64,000 nt of DNA from Lingula anatina. Taxonomy: Eukaryota; Animalia; Brachiopoda. Numbering within the stretch: position 1 is the first letter of the stretch; each line of letters begins with the position of its first letter. This document shows positions 62,813 to 64,000 of this stretch, piece after piece. Location of the stretch: the NCBI GenBank assembly GCA_051362555.1, contig CM120640.1, forward strand, positions 10,788,001 through 10,852,000, read 5' to 3'. Under the pieces are notes generated by a model that saw only the letters and a program-made list of their open reading frames with translations, made no database searches and was not told the origin of the DNA. The translations under genes and the position numbers were made by a program.

Positions 62813-63690
62813 TACAAACACACACACGTTTCATCTATTTTTTGTGATATTTTTTAACTTTTTTACATTATTTTTTTATTCTTAGAAAAAATTATAACTA
62901 CTGAAGCAGCCAGACAAAGTGTATTTGAGGAAGGTTTGACAACTTTAGTGAGACCTTGCATAAAAGCATTATTTGTAGGTAAGTCACTTTGAAGATTTGT
63001 TGTGATTGTATATTGTTGCAATTAAAATGAAGTATGCAATAACTTTTTGATGGGTGATAATTCTCCTCTTATTTGAGTTTTTGAGCATTTTTCAGCTCAT
63101 GTAACATTGATATAGTATAAAATTCAATTGGAGAATAAAGAAATTGAAATAATTGAAAAAAAAAGAAAGAAAGTGAACCAGCCTCTGTAGTATTTCCACA
63201 ACATGTTTATATTTTAGGCTTCCTGAATATTGACACAGTGCTGTATATATGGGACCAGTATATCATAGGTTTGGATGTACCTGGCTACCACACAGAATGT
63301 CTTCCAGTGTTCACAGTGGTATATCTCATGCTTCTCAAGGATCAACTAATGCGTTGTGATGATGTAGGTTATTTTGCTGCATGCATAAGACAAGCATTGT
63401 GTCTTAAATTGTATTAGTACCTTGCCATTAATCATCACCAAGTAGCTTATAACCCCCAAATCAGGGGTGAACATCATTATGTGTTTTTTAGCTTCTTTAC
63501 TTTTGTGGAGTCCATGTAGATAATAGTAATACTTATAGTTTTTAATTAGAATAATCAATTTTATTAATGTTCAGCAGAAACTGTCCTCACTTTTGATGCA
63601 TTATTTGTGGTTTAATTTTAGATCAGTGCAATGGAAACTGTGTTGAAAGAGGGAAGTAGAAATATAAAAACCAGCCAATTTCAGTACTTG
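59597..63690 (+). CDS. Uncharacterised protein with a divergent TBC/Rab-GAP-like domain, 5' part; the gene continues past the right window edge
   Basis: Phase-consistent GT-AG exons 59597-59662, 60137-60275, 60469-60729, 60929-61063, 61501-61630, 61827-61926, 62659-62764, 62886-62978, 63218-63363, 63622-63690. TBC-like motifs LPWALRHIVWRLFL and LFVGFLNIDTVLYIWDQYI. The gene structure is solid; the family call is tentative. Confidence 0.75.
62771..62809. repeat. (CT)n microsatellite
   Basis: About 19 CT units just after a splice donor. Confidence 0.95.
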
Positions 63691-63855
63691 GTATGCTAAT
63701 TTGTTTTTTTTTATAGATCTGTATCTGAATCTGGTTATCTGGCCTACATAATGTTATTCTGATTTACATGTCAAATTATCTGAAAATATGCTTCAAATTC
63801 ATTTAGATAAGTCATTTTGTAGAATATTGGTAAATTTTTCATTAATTATTGGACA

Positions 63856-63876
63856 ATTGATTGATTGATTGATTGA
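63856..63876. repeat. (ATTG)n microsatellite
   Basis: attgattgattgattgattga. Confidence 0.85.
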
Positions 63877-64000
63877 TGGCAATGAATTACATGTTTTCTT
63901 TGTATGCACATTTGTAATGATATATAAGCATCATATACTTTTTGACTGAGCATCTTTATTTTAAATATTCAAAACTTTCAGAGCATTATTTCGAGATGCA

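Overview
AT-rich, intron-rich animal genomic DNA. It is probably a lophotrochozoan such as a mollusc; this is an inference from gene structure and repeat types. Reading splice sites and reading-frame phases by hand gives seven genes: PIGS (-, runs off the left edge), a TMEM35/NACHO-like gene (+), an LRRC14/PRAME-like gene (+), ULK1/2-Atg1 (-, 25 coding exons), AKAP1 (+), B3GLCT (-) and an uncharacterised TBC-like gene (+, runs off the right edge). Six of them form three head-to-head pairs. Introns and intergenic DNA carry non-autonomous DNA transposons: a Helentron/HINE-like family with a 161-bp internal satellite, PIF/Harbinger-like MITEs, a hAT remnant with a 5-bp TSD, and an IS3EU-like element nested in reverse inside a copy of itself. 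An orphan ZMPSTE24 exon lies antisense in a B3GLCT intron. There are no prokaryotic features, CRISPR arrays, rRNA or recognisable tRNA genes. I found no clear-cut new multi-gene system. The best leads are the self-nested transposon, the satellite-carrying HINE, the orphan exon and the catalytically divergent TBC-like protein. All identifications come from remembered family motifs; no database search was run.
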